A stretch of DNA of 64,000 nucleotides from an uncultured Nitrospiraceae bacterium (GCA_963705105.1 CAVPIW010000006.1:32001-96000), one strand, 5' to 3'; shown: positions 1 through 15,708, counted from the stretch's first letter. Translations and numbers: made by a program. Notes: generated by a model not told the origin, from the sequence alone.

Positions 1-138
1 GAGAAAGAGAAGAAGAAGAAGAAGAAAGAAGAAAGAAAAAAAGAAATTGTCGCGCGCTCTTCCTCTCCCGTACGTTTCTTCAGAGTCGGGTCGGGTCTCG
101 AAAAAAAAATAAAACATGAGAAAAATCAAACAACCTAC

Positions 139-1189
139 CTGGCCGAAGACGAAGTTGTCCGGGCGGAAGAGCTGGCCGTAGGCCCCGAGCGCACCGAGTC
201 CATGGTGCCGGGCTCGAGGTCGAGGAGCACGGCGCGCGGGACGTAGCGACCTGTTTGTTTTTTGTTTCGGAGAAACAGAAGAGAGAAAAGCAGAAGAGGG
301 TGAGAGCGAGAGAGAAGAAAAGACCCGGGTTTTTTTATCGAAAGAACGAAAAACAAAAAAAAGGTTCCGCGCTCCCTCGCTGCTTTTCGCTTTTTGTTCG
401 TTCTCTTTTCCAAAGCACTCATCGTGCCGTACGCATGATGCTTGCGCAAAAGAGCAAAGCAAAAGAAGCGCGTCATTGTTGTTCGACAAAACACAAAGCG
501 CCGCATGCATCTTGTTGCTCTAGCCCGAAGAAGAAAAACGTCGCGCTCTCGTTTCCAAAAATAGAAACCGTTATTTTCTTCTCTTTCTTTTCTTTTCTCC
601 TCCACCAACTCACCGCCGGTCGCCTCGTTGAAGTAGACGTTGACGCGCTCGAGCTGGAGATCGGAGTCGCCCTCGTAGGTTCCTGTTTGGAGTGAAAAGA
701 AGAGAAGAAGAAGTCGAAGAAGAGGAGGAGGAAAGGTCAGGGTTTTTGAGTTTTTTTCTTTTTTTCGTCCGCAAGTCTGTTCGTCTTCGGCTTTTACGGT
801 CGACGGATCGATGGCCCTCCCCTCGCCATCGAAGCACTTTTTTGTCGCACTCGCAGTGCCTTCCACGCTGTTTCGCTTCGCTCTTTCTCGCGCGTCAAGG
901 TCGCATCGAACGTCTCGAGATCGATCGGCGAGAGAACAGAGGCAGGGAGCCTCGGAATCGCTCCCCGAAGAGAGGAGGCCGGGGCTAGATGATGATGGTT
1001 TTTTTCCGTCGACGCCGCGGCTGGAGGGGCGGGCGAAACCAAAAAAAGAAAAAAAAGAAAAGGAAAAAAACTCCGAAGAAAAACCGCACCGGTCGGGGAG
1101 ACCCCGTGCTCGTCCGAGAGCGTCTCCCAGAACTTGGCGCCGATCTGGTTACCGCACTGGCCGGCCTGCAACGCAACAATCTCACGCAT
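139..1189 (-). CDS. TUBB: Beta-tubulin, first three exons (1090-1189, 614-682, 139-250); the gene continues beyond the window start
   Basis: Spliced translation reads [22 protein letters not shown]...[61 protein letters not shown]. It has the MREI beta-tubulin start and GT-AG junctions in consistent phase, with one 1-nt frameshift near 182. Confidence 0.96.
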
Positions 1190-1456
1190 CTTGATGTTGG
1201 TGTGTGAGAGAGGAGGAGGAGAGAGGAAGAAGAGGAGAAAGAGGCCGGGAGGTGGGCAAGGTATTCTCAAAAGGGTGCGAGAGAGAGAGAAGAGAGAGAG
1301 AGAGAGGAGAGAGCCTAGGAGAGAGAGAGAAGAGTGTTTTTTTGTGTGTGAAAAGAGAGTGATGGTCTTCGAGAGTTTCTTTTTTTTCATTTTCGACTTC
1401 TCGATTGATCGATTGGAACGAAACCTTTCTCTGTCCAATTTCACTTTCTCTCATCC

Positions 1457-3292
1457 ATGGCGCTCTCGCTCCGCTGCGTCGACTGCGGCGCCCAGCTCCG
1501 CAGCGTCAAGGAGGCCCAGGACCACGGAGAGGCCACGGGCCACAGCAACTTCGAGGAGTCTGTCGAGGCGTGCTGACGCTGGTGAGAGAGAAAGCGAAAA
1601 GAGAGAGCGAATGATCAAGAAAGATCGAGCAGCGCGCGAGGGGCGTGAGCGCGCTGTCTCTCTCTCTCTCTCTCTCTTCGCCGGCCGCGACCCCCGCCTC
1701 TTCCTCCTCCAACTCCACCTTTTCCCCAATCCCCCACCACCACCACCACCACCCAGGTCTGCGCCGAATGCGGCAAGCCCTGCCGCTCCAAGGTCGAGCA
1801 AGAGATGCACGAGGCTCAACCCCGGCCACGAAGAGTTCGTCGACGAGACGGGGCGAGGTGCGCGCAGAAAATGGACACCGAGGGCGAAGTGAAAGCAGCG
1901 CGCGATCGCCGCGAGGGAGGCAGCCATGGCTGCTGCGGCGGCAGATCGATGGTGAGTCCAAGGAGGGGGCCAAGAAGAAGAGGGGAAAAGGACGAGGCAG
2001 CAGCGGCGGCGGCGTTCGTGCCCTCAAGGACCCTGCGACTTTCATCGAGCCCGCGGTCGACGCCGCGGCGCTCGAGTCTTTGTGGCGATGGGCTTCTCGC
2101 GCAACAAGGCCTGCGCGCGCTGCACTTCTCGAGCGGCGGGAGCGACGCGCACGCGCGGCAACGACGGGAGCGGGGGGAGCGTGGAGGGCGCCGTTGCGTG
2201 GCTGGAGGCGAAGGAGGCCAAGTTCTCTGCTGCTGGAGGTTCTTCGGCAACTGCGACAGCGGCAAGCGAAGAAGGAGAAAAAGAGGGAAGAAGGAGGAAG
2301 AAGGCGAGGCGGGCGGCCTGGGAGCCAGAGAAACTTCTCCAGACCCCGCCGCCCTCTTCGCCGCCCAGCTCGAAGAGCCCCTGCTCCTGCCCCCTGGCCC
2401 CCCACCAAAGCCCAAGCTCTCGAAGGAGGAAGCCGCTGCGAAAGCGGCCGAGATGCTCGCCGCCGCCAAGGCCCGCCGCGCCGCCGAGGAGGCCGCCCAA
2501 GAAAAGGAGAGGGAGGCCAACCGGATCCGAGCGGGCAAGGAGCTGCTGCTCGCCAAGCGCAAGGAGGAAGAGCTCGCCGGAAAACGCGCCGCCGAGGCCC
2601 GAAGGCTGGAGAAGGAGGAGGTCGAGCGCGCGAGGCTGAAAGTGAAGGAGAAGCTGGAGGAGGACAGGGGTCCCGCCGCATGGCGCTGGGCTTGCCGCCG
2701 GAGCTGTCCGAGGAGGAGAGGGCGGCCGAGGCCGCGAAGGAGGCCGCCAAGGTGGCGGCGGAGGCGGCGAAGAGGCTCCCGGTAAATCCGTTGCGGTGCG
2801 GAACGGAAAAGGAGAGAGAAAGAGAGAAAGAAAGAGTTTGGATTGTTTTTTTTTTTCAAACGAAAAAGAAAAAAAAACTCACCCCCTTTTTTCTTTCTTT
2901 CTTTCTCTCTTTCTCTTGACCAAAAACAAAAACAACAAAACATCCCTGTCCAAACAACGCGAGATCCTGGTCTTGATGAAAAAGCACGGGCCGAAGAGAA
3001 AGCCAAGACGTGCTTCGAGACCCTCCTCAAGATTGTCGCCAACGTCGGGACCAACCCGACGGAGCCCAAGTTCCGAAAGCTGCGGCTCGCCAACGCCGCG
3101 CTGGACTCCCGCGTGTTCTCGGTGCCCGGCGCGCTGGACTTTCTCGGCCTGGCGGGCTTCGCGAGGGAGGCGGGGGAGGGAGGGGAGGCGCTGCTGGTCC
3201 TGCCAGAGGGCAGGGCGAGGCCGGCGGACCTGCAGGAGGTCGCGTCGCTGCTGGACTCGGCGCTGAACAACCCGATGTTTGGGGCTCTGTAG
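1457..3292 (+). CDS. C2H2 zinc-finger / UBA / coiled-coil / PUB domain protein (putative p97/CDC48 adaptor), multi-exon
   Basis: MALSLRCVDCGAQLRSVKEAQDHGEATGHSNFEES; second finger VCAECGKPCRSK...GHEEFVDET; UBA-like AMGFSRNKA...SVEGAVAWL; PUB domain FETLLKIVANVGTNPTEPKFRKLRLAN...GALDFLGLAGF. Confidence 0.85.
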
Positions 3293-3493
3293 GAGGCGCG
3301 TTTTTTTCCTTTTTATTTTGTTCTTTTGCAGTGCAAAATATAAAAGGGGGAAAGGAAGAAGAAATATGTCTCTCCGTGCGGAGACGCGCCGCTCTGTCTC
3401 TCTCTCGATCGAGGGGGAAAAAAACCCCGAAAAAAGTTCAAAACAAAAAACTCGCTCACTCTCTCTCTTCCCTCTCCGCCTCGCTCCTCCTCT

Positions 3494-6493
<3,000 letters not shown>

Positions 6494-6677
6494 GATGGCG
6501 AGGAGCTTCCTCTTCGCTGTGCTGCGAGAGAAAAGAGAGAGGGGGGGAGGGGGAACGAAGCCACGAGGCGCGACAGAGAGAGAAAGTTGGAAAAAAAAAG
6601 TGCCTTCTTACGTTCGACCTCGACTGCGCGCTCTCTCTTTTTTTTTACAAAAAAAAAACTCTTCAAAAACCCAACTT

Positions 6678-8995
6678 TCACCGCCGCATCTGCTGCTGCT
6701 GATGCTGCATATGCTGTTGCTGCATCCTCGCCTGCTGCTGCTGCTGCTGGTACTGCTGTTGATACTGCTGCTGGAACTGCTGCTGCTGCTGGTGCTGGGA
6801 AGCGGAGCTCGCGGAGAAACGCCCATCTCCGCCATCCGCGCCGCGAGGGCGCTCTTGGCCTCGAGCATCGCCAGGAGTTCGAGCCTGCAGCGCCAGCCAG
6901 GCGCCGCAGGCCGCCCGCGTCGGGTAGGCCGGCCTGCCCGAGGGGAGGCCGCACTCGGCCAGGGCGGCCTCGAGGGCCTTGGCGGCGGCGATGCGGGCCG
7001 AGGCGGCGGCGGCGGTGGGGGTCCGGCGGCGGCGGCCGCGGCGGACGAGGCTGCTCCGGCCGAGGCTGCGGCAGCCGCGCCCGCCCCGCCGGGGGCCAGC
7101 GGGCACGCGCCGCCGGCCCTCGCCCTCGCCACCTGCGCAGCGGCGGCCTCCCTGACGCTGGCGGACCTCGAGATCACTCCGGGCCGCGGGCGGTAGGGGC
7201 GCGCGTCGGCGTCGAAGAGTGAGGGCGCGCCCCGCGGCGGCGGCGCCGAAAAGTCGAGCGGCGCCAGCAGCGGCAGCTCGTCCGAGGCCCACGGCATCGC
7301 CGACGACGCGGCGGCGGCCGCGGCCGCCGCCTGGGCGGCGGCGGCGGCGGCCGCGGCGGCGGCCGCGGCCGCCGGGTCCCCGGGAGCGGCGGCGGCGTTC
7401 GCGGCGGCCGCGTTCGCGGCAGCGGCGGTGGTGGCGACGGCGGAGGAGAAGCGGCGGCGTTGGCCGCCGCGGGCCCGCCGGCCGCGGCGGCCGCGGCGGC
7501 GGCGGCCGCGGCCGCGGCGGCCGCGGCCTGCGCGGCCCTCTGCGCCTCGGCCTTCCTCGCGGCCTCGATCCCCCTCGCCCGCTCCAGCACCTCGGCCTCC
7601 TCGCGCTCCGCCCGGGGGCTCCGCGCCAGCAGCAGCTCGACGGCGGCCTTGCGCTCGCGCTCGTGCGAGGCCGCGTAGGGGGCGCGGACGGCGACGTGGT
7701 GCGCGGCGGCGCTCTCGCCGCCCTCTCTCGCGACGAGCAGGGCGCGCGAGATGCCGAAGTAGCGCTCCTTCAGGTCCTCGACCGTGCGGGTCTGGCCTCC
7801 GGGGAACTGGGGACGTTTAGAGAGGGGGGGGGGGTGGGGGTGAGAAAAGAGGAGACGGTGGACACAAGGAGCGACCACGGGGGGAAACAGACGGGGAGAG
7901 AGCGAGGGGGCAGGGGGGCAGAAAAAGAGGAGACGACGGAACGAAGCAGCGACCTCGGGGGGGGGGTCGGCGAGGAGGCGGCGAGCGGGGAGGGGAAGCA
8001 AGGGCCCCCGCTTCTCGACGGACCTTGTACCGGTCGGCGACGACGTGGAACCGCAGCCCGAACCGGTCGAGCAGGCCCAGGAGGTAGTCGGACTCCTCCC
8101 TGTCCCAGCCCTGGGCCGGGGGGACCACGGAGGCCCACTCGTCGTCGTCGTAGCGCAGGGCCCTCGGCCGCTTGTTGAACGCGGCGAAGGGGTACGGGGC
8201 GCCGCCGTCGGCCGGCGCGGCGGCGGCGCGGGCCTGCGGCCGCGGCCGGGCGAGTCAAAGTCCGCGGCCGGCGTGCCGGGCGGCGGCGCGAGGAGCTTGG
8301 CCGGGAACAGGCATTTGACCCAGTGGACCAGCTTCAGGGGCTTGTCGCCCTCCGTCGCCGCGCGCGGCGTTCTCGAAGGGGCGGAGCTGCCAGGTGACGG
8401 CCTCGCCTTTCTTGCGCTTGCGGCCGCGGATCTTGGCGACGGCGGCGGCGGCGGCCGCGGCGGCGTTGGCCGCCGCCGAGCCCTTCTTGGGACCCGCGGC
8501 GCCCTTTCTTGCTGGACGACGCTCCTCCTGCTCCTCCTGCCCCTCCGGCTCCGAGGAGCTTCAGGAGGAGGTGCCGGCGACGGAGCGGAGGGCGTCGGCC
8601 GCGGCGGAGGGGGCGATAGGGTGCGCTCTGTTTTGCGTTTTGAGGTTTTGAGGTTTTCGTTCAAGTCGAGGTCGAGAGGGTGAGGAAGGAGAGCAACGAA
8701 AGCCGATGGATTTGTCGAGGCATCTTCTTGTTCCTCCTCTTTCTCTTTCTCTTTCTCTCGCTCTTTTTCTCCCTCGAAACTCTTCTTACCCGTCAAGGAG
8801 CGCGTACGCCTCGCGGGACATGCCCGCGGGCCTCGGCGGGCGGACCTCGCGCGGCTGGCGGTTGCCCAGCGCGGCAGCTGCGGCGGCGGCAGGGGCGGCC
8901 GCGGCGGCGATCGACGATGTCGAGCCTGGAGGGAGGGCAGGCGCCGCCCCTCCTCCTCCGCGGGCGACGCCGAGGATGTCCTTGACGTCGGACAT
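6678..8995 (-). CDS. SWC4: SWC4/DMAP1 (SWR1/NuA4 SANT-domain subunit) with C-terminal poly-Q
   Basis: MSDVKDILG, GMSREAYALL, LVHWVK, YPFAAFNKR..YDDDEW..WDREESDYLLGLLDRFGLRFHVVADRY, RTVEDLKERY, HERERK. Confidence 0.88.
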
Positions 8996-9801
8996 GGCTT
9001 CCTTTGCTGCCTCGTTCGAGAGCGTGTGTGTGCCCCGCGCGTTTAGCAGTCGAGAAAGAGGGAGAGAGAGGAGAGAGAGAGACGCGCCAAAGCGCCGAAG
9101 AGAAAAAAAGAGTGGAAATCACTGTCTGCGAGTTCTTTGCGCACATAAAAAATCACCCAAAAGCGAGAGCCAATCTCCTTGCTTTCTTCTCGCGCTCCAA
9201 ACACCTCGCAGGCGCGCTGCGACACTTCAATTCTCCGCGTGTCGAGATGCCGATGGAAACGATCTGGGTCGCCGGAGGGGAGAGCGCCGCGCTAGGTGCG
9301 AAAATGGGGATCGCAATTGGGGTGAAGACCGGCCGAAACGAATGACAAACAAAGGGAAAACTCTCAACCCCGACCTCTTCCTCTCAAAAAAAAAAAAAAA
9401 AACTTCCTCAAAATAAAAATAAAAAAGTCCTCGGCATGATGGCCTGCGCCGCTGCCGGAGCAGCCGTCATCTCCAAGTCGACGGGGACGATGTTCTCGAG
9501 CGAGAGCGTGCCGGCGGACGAGGGGCTCTTGAAGAAGAGGAGCGGGAGGGCGGTCGAGAAAGTCGACGTTTCTTCAAAGACAAAGACGACGACGAGCTCT
9601 CCCCCTTCTCCTCCTTCCGACTGACTCTCACTCTGCCCCTCTCCGCCGAACTGATCGATATCGCATCAAAAGATAAAAAAGAACTGTAAAAATAAAAAAG
9701 GGACCTCGGAGGCGGGGGAAGACCATTTGCGGTTGCTTGCTTGTTTTTACAGTTCGATTTTTCTTTCCTTTCTGCTCGAGGCCCCCCCGGGTCCTCTTGG
9801 G

Positions 9802-12364
9802 TCACCGCCGCCGCCGCCGGCGCTGCCGCTCGCGCTGCGCGGCGCGGAGCCCGCTCCCCCTCCGAGGCGCGACCAATGCCCGGGCGGAGGGCCGTTGGAG
9901 GCCGGAGCCGCAGCCGCCGACGCCGACGCCGCCGCGGCATCTGTCTGAGAACGCGGGGGGAGAGAGCCCGTCGCTTCCGCCGCTGCCGCCGCCGCCGCCG
10001 TTTCTTCGCCTCTGTTCCCGCTGTTGTCGCCGCTCGCGTGGCGGATCACAGCCGGAGAGGAGCCGCGAAGCTCCGGCGAGAGGAGCTGCTGCTGCTGCTG
10101 CCTCTGCGAATGCCTCTGCGACTGCGATTGCGAGGGCCTGCGAGGCCTCTCGCGGGCGGAAGAAGGAGGAGGAGGGGCGCGGCCGCTGCCTGCCTCCCTG
10201 CTGCCGTCGGAGCTTCGCCGTCGTCGCCGCTCGTCGTCCTCCTCGAGCCACTCCCCGGTGCCGCCCCCCTCCTCTCCCTCGTCTTCGCCGCCGCCGCTGC
10301 CGGGGACGACGAGATCCTCTCCAAAAACCTGGTCGTGGGCGCTGTCGTCCCCGACCAGGGCCGCGAAGGCCTCTCCGTTCTCGTCTCGTGCTCGTTCTCG
10401 TTCCCCTCGTCGCCGTCGTCGAGGACGACGACGAGGCCGCTCTTCTCCTCTGGGCTCGGAGGAGGAGGGTGCTTCTTCGCTGCCACTGCTGCTGCAGCTG
10501 CAGCTGCCTGCCTCGCCTTCGTGCCGCGGATCAGGGCCTCGAAACGAGGCGTCGTCGTCGATGCTGCCGTTCGCTCCTGCTGCTGCTTTCGTGACGGGAT
10601 TCGCCGCCCTGCCTCTTCCTCCGCCGCCGCCGCCGCCGATTCCGTTGGCGGCAGCGGCCGCCGACCTCCTCGCCGCCAGCGCCGCCGGGCCCCCCGCCGC
10701 GGGGGCCGAAACTCCTCCCTGCCCCCCCTCCCCCGGCCGTGCCTCCTCGCGAGCTCCCTCATCGCCGACCCCACGCTCCCGTCCCCGCACGCGACCACCG
10801 CCGAGGCTCCGCCCGCGTCGTTGGCAGCGACGACGGCGAGGCGGAACGCGCGGTAGAGCCTCTCGAGCTCGGGGCGCCTCGTCGCCGCCGCCGGCGCGGA
10901 GTCGCCGCGGAGCACGCCCAGCCCGCGGAGGCGGTCCTTGAGCTCCTTGTCCTTGACGATGGAGAGGCAGAGTTTCGGGCGGGACCGGGAGGAGGAGAGA
11001 GGTGGAAGCTCCGAGGGGCGCGGAGCGAGCGCCGCCGGCGGCGCCGGGGGCGGCGGCGGCTCCCCCGCCGTTCCGTCGCCGCCGCCGCCTTGGACAAGCA
11101 CGAGTCGAGGTGGGCGTTTATCAGGGCCTCCCCCACGATGCCGCCGCAGGAGGGGCAGCGCACGGTCCCCTCGGGGAGGGGAGCGCCCGCGGCGGCGAGG
11201 GGGCCCGGAGCGCTCCTGCCTTCTTCTCCTCGCTCCCGCTCGGCGGGCGAGGGTTCGCGGCGGAAGGGGAGCGGCCGCGCTGCCGCTGCCGCTGCCGCTG
11301 CCGCCGCGCCCTGGCAGAGCCCTTGGCTCCCTCCCCCTCTCTCCTCCGAAAAGTCCTCATCCTCGTCGTCGACGTCGTCGTCGTTCTCTCTCCTCGGCGT
11401 CGAAAGAGACGTTTTCATCGGCGGCGGCGGTTTTCCTCCTCCTCGCTCTCCGTCTTCTTCGCTCTCGTCGATGTATCTCGACCCGCGCTTCTTCGCGACG
11501 GCCGCGACGGGCCGGCTGCGAGCGGAGGCGGCTGCTGCGCGCGACGGCGGCAGCAGCAGGAGGAGCAGGAGAGGAGAGCTGCTGCCGGCGAGTCCTCTTG
11601 GCCTTGGCCGCCGCGGCCGCCGCCGCAGCGAAGCAGAAGCAGCAGCAGCGCAGCGGCAGCAGACCTGCGTTCTCCCTCGGCCGACGCCGCCGCGGCGCCC
11701 CGCAGGACCGCCGCCAGCGGTCCCCTGACGTTCCTCAGCGCGGCCACGATGCTTCTCAGGGCCAGCGGCGCCCTCCTCAGCGCCCGGGCGTCGGCCGGCT
11801 CGCGGCAAGCTCGGGCAGTAGCACCCGCCGACGACGGTGCTCCCGCACTCCAGGAGGAGGGCGCCTCCTCCTTCTCCTCCTGCTCCCTCGCCCGGTGCTG
11901 CCGCCTTGCGCGTGCCCTTCTCGGGCCTGGAACTCGAGGTTGGAGCGGATGCAGGCGGAGCAGACTGTTTAGGTCTCGGTTTTTTGTTTGTTGTAGAGGA
12001 AAGAAGGGTTGAGTTTTTTTTTCGTTTCTCGTCCGCCGTCAGGGTCGATGCCATCGAGATCCTCGACAATCGCCTCTCTCTTAAAACGCCAGACGGCCTT
12101 TAAACGGTCTTTGAACTCACAGGCGTGTCCGCACTCCAGGACCATCGGCGCGTCGAGAAAGTCGCGGCATATGGCGCAACAGGCGGCGTCGTCGAGGGCT
12201 CTCAGCAGCGACGGGAGCGACGCCAATGTCGACGAGAGAAGAGACGTCGACGCTGGCGGGAGAGCCGATGCCGCCGCTGTCGCTGTCGCTGTTGTCGCCG
12301 CTGCGCCGCCGCCGCCTGGAAGCTCCTTCCAGTCTCCAGGCGAGGGGGCGACGTCCGCGTCCAT
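9802..12364 (-). CDS. RAD18: RAD18-like E3 ubiquitin ligase (RING + UBZ4 + SAP-like); 3' end approximate
   Basis: RING CAICRDFLDAPMVLECGHA|FCSACIR (intron after CGHA), UBZ4 VRCPSCGGIVGEALINAHLDSCL, SAP-like PKLCLSIVKDKELKDRLRGLGV..ELERLYRAFRLAVVAAND. Confidence 0.75.
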
Positions 12365-12434
12365 TCCTCCTCCTCGCTGATCCCTGGGCAGAGAGGAGCG
12401 GAGGCGAGGAGGGAAAGAAAAGAGAGAAGAAAAA

Positions 12435-13069
12435 ATGGTGCGATCTCTTCTTTTCTTCACTCTTTCTCAAAGCGCTCGCGTCGTGCTTCTCGCCTCCTTT
12501 GCCGTCTTCTTCCTCCTCCTCGCCCTCGTCCTCCTCCGACCCCTGGACCTCGCCGTTCGAGAAGCCGCTCGCGGACCTCGACGCCGAGGACGCCTCTGGA
12601 AAATTCCGTGGAGAAGGAGCCCGAGCTGGTGGACAGGATGATCGAGGAGGCGACGGAGGCGAGGAAGAGGGCGGCGGCAGCAGCGGCAGCAGCGGCAGCG
12701 GCAGCGCCCGAGCGCAGCTGCCCCTCCCGCTTCTGCAGGCGGCCTTGCAAGGCCTCATCGCTCATCCCGATTTCTTCGGCCTCGACGGCGACTTCTCCGA
12801 CCCCGTCTGCATCTTCGAATTCGCAGGACTCGAGGCGCTTCTTCGCGGGCGTGTTTCGCTTCGGGGAAGGGGCGACCAAGTACTCGCAGTTCATCCTCTC
12901 GGTGTCGAAGAACTCGAACCCTGCTGATGGCCTCTCGGGCCCTTTTATCTTCAGGAACGACGGGCTCGACAGGCACGCCTCGGAAACTTCTCCCCTCGCT
13001 TCATTCGTTTGGCGCACTCGAGTTCAGGACGGCGGCCGTCTCGCGGCCCATTCCCCGAAACCGGGCTGA
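12435..13069 (+). CDS. Hypothetical protein divergent from RAD18 (frameshifted)
   Basis: ATG at 12435. Protein-like segments with GC-ending codons occur across + frames (DPWTSPFEKPLADLDAEDA; KEPELVDRMIEEATEARKR; FFAGVFRFGEGATKYSQFILSVSKNSNPADGLSGPFIFRNDG). No family recognised. Confidence 0.4.
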
Positions 13070-13358
13070 AAGGAGCTCTGATGAAGACGGGATTGTCGCC
13101 ATGATGCTTGATATTTCGACCGGCGGGAGGAAGAGGCACATTTGGCGAGTGGGAGGAGAAAGGAGAAGGAAGAAAGGAGAAAGGAGAAAGAATAAGAAAA
13201 AGAGACTCTTGCAAGTCACCAGGATGAAGAGGAAACAGAACTCAGGGGAGGTGTGAAAAAAAAACAGAGCTCCCTCTATCTCTCTCCCCCTTTTCTCTCT
13301 CTCTCCCTTCTCTCTCTCCCCCCTCTCCCCCCTCTTCTCTCTCTCTCCCCCTCTCTCC

Positions 13359-13538
<180 letters not shown>

Positions 13539-14081
13539 TCAACAGCAGAAATCATTTTTTTCTTTCCCCGCAGATGAAAGCTCCTCCGAATGCCCGTTTC
13601 GACCTGTTTTTTTCTTACGTTACATACAGGCAAGATTAGGCAGAAAAAAGGTTACGGGGCTTTCTTGATCATGGAAAAGGTCGAGCCGGGGGGAAAATCG
13701 AGGACTCTCAAGACGGGATGGAGTGAGCAAGCGTTTTTTATTGCCGGGCGCGCGCCCGACAAGAAAAAACGCTCTGTTCCGTCGTCTTTTGATTCACTCG
13801 CACATCCGACTTGAATCGCGAAGAGTGCAAAGCAAAAAGGTCGACAACGAAAACGTAAAAGATGAAAAGAGAGCGCGCTCGAGGAGACAAGTCCGAGCTG
13901 CGCTGCCGTCAACTCTCTGCTTCTCCCTAGATGTTCTTTCTATTTGCTCCCTAGATGGGTTTTTTCTGTCCGTCAGTCCGTCGGTCTCTGGTCCATCCCC
14001 CTCCTCCTTCGATGTTGCACCTGGCGCCAGCATGCTTGGAGAGCCAGACGTCGGAACCGCGGGGGCGGGGGGAGGGGGGGC

Positions 14082-15208
14082 TCAGCAGCCCTTGCCCTTT
14101 CTGCCGCACGCGGTCCAGCCCGCGTCGGCGTTGACGGGCCCGGGGCCAGTCGTCGCGGCGGCGGCGCCGGCTGCGCCGGTCGTGCCGAACGCGTTGCCGC
14201 AGCCTTGGACCTGGACGCAGGTCCCGGTGCCGAGGTCGAAGCTCTGGCAGGGACCGCAGTCGGCCGAATCCGTGTTGGTGGAGACTGTGCGGCACGAGCC
14301 ATTGTCCCAGTAAGCACCTCTGCCGCAGGACTGTTGGGAGCCGCAAGCCCAAGTGCAGACAAAATTACCGCTGTTTTTTGTTTTCGTTTTTGTTTTTCGT
14401 TTGTCAAAAAGTCGCCGGTTAGGGTTCCAAGATTGTGGTGACTACGGCGAATGTTTCGGATCTGAGCACCTGTTGACACGCGGTACCGTGTCCGCAGCGG
14501 GCTAGTTAGTGCGCGACTGCCAGAGCAGTTGCGGGAGCAAACGTGGGGCGGGAGTGTGCGCGTGTTCGCTGAGTGGCAACAGGGAGCGAGTGGCAACAGG
14601 GAGCGAGTGGCAGCAGGGAGCGAGTGGCAGCAGGGAGCGAGTGGCAGCAGGGAGCGAGCGAGCGAGCGAGCGAGAGGGAGAGAGAGAGAGAGAGAGAGAC
14701 AGAGAGAGAGAAAAAAAGGCTTGCGCACCAGCCAAAGCCGGCGCCCGACCAGAAGCCCGCCCCGCGCCAAGGCGTGCGGAAGATGAAGCGCCCATTCTGG
14801 TCCCAGCCGATCGCCTGCCAGCCGGCGACCTGCGAGGAGCCGGGACAGGCGCCCGGGGTGTTTCCCTGGTAGTAGTTCCAACCTCCGAAGCGGAACCAGC
14901 CGCTGCCGCTGCCAATCCAGGGCGGCGACCATCCTGAGGAACAAGAATATGTGGTTTTTTTTAGCTTTTTTTAGTACCGCGAGGCCGGCCTCCGTCGCGA
15001 GCTGACATGGCCACCCAACGGCTCTCTTTGTTACTAGAAAACCACACGCTCGTCGAAGGGTCGGCCCGTATCCAGAAACCAGAAAACCCACTCACCGGTC
15101 GACCCATTCGTCGCTTCAACGGTCGAAGACGCGAAGCAGAGGAGCGCGACTGCTTGTGCGCCGAGTTTGGAGAGGAGGGAGGTTTTTGATTGAGACAAGG
15201 GAAGGCAT
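14082..15208 (-). CDS. Putative secreted Trp/Gly- and Cys-rich protein of about 210 aa; exons ~15096-15208, 14729-14933, 14446-14469, 14082-14370
   Basis: Manual splicing with phase-compatible GT-AG sites gives ..LGAQAVALLCFASSTVEATNGST|GWSPPWIGSGSGWFRFGGWNYYQGNTPGACPG..GFWSGAGFGW|CSDPKHSP|GNFVCTWACGSQQSCGRGAYWDNGSCRTVSTNTDSADCGPCQSFDLGTGTCVQVQGCG..WTACGRKGKGC*. The start ATG needs a 1-nt correction in an A run. Confidence 0.7.
14571..14655. repeat. Intronic minisatellite, 5 x 17 bp (GAGTGGCA[A/G]CAGGGAGC)
   Basis: Five tandem copies read directly, followed by (GAGC)n and (GA)n. Confidence 0.95.
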
Positions 15209-15708
15209 GTTCAGTTTCAATCCATTCGGCTTTGATGGGGAGACCGTCCCTGCTAAACCCGCGTCTGCCCCACTTTCATCTCACCAAAGGCGACTAAGAG
15301 AGTTGTGCGATGCATTATGGCGAGGGTTTGTGAGCCCGGATACTCGGGAATGGGCTTTTTGAGACGGAAGGTTGGAGAGTTTTTCGTTTTGAGTTGGAGA
15401 GAAGTGACACGTCCCTCGAGAAGAAAAAAGAACTTTTAACTTCAGAAGTGGAAGCGAGGATTTAGCGAAAGTTAGGTAAAAAGTTATCAAGCCAAAGAAG
15501 CGACTTTCGCGTTTCGACCTCTCCGTCGTGTTCTTCTTCTTCCTCCTCTTCTTCTTCGACCTCCTCTCCTTCTCTCGCTCTCGTCTTTCTCTCCTCTCTT
15601 CCCCGATAAATCAATCCCGCTGGGTGGTGTGCAACGACTTTCTTTTCAAAAAGAATGGATATATGATTTCAATCGTGAGCAAAAAACACGAAGCCATCCC
15701 TCTTTTCT

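Noticed and set aside
9436..9624. Small ORF between SWC4 and RAD18
   Set aside because: No motif and no clear strand or codon signal. It could be UTR or a terminal RAD18 exon.
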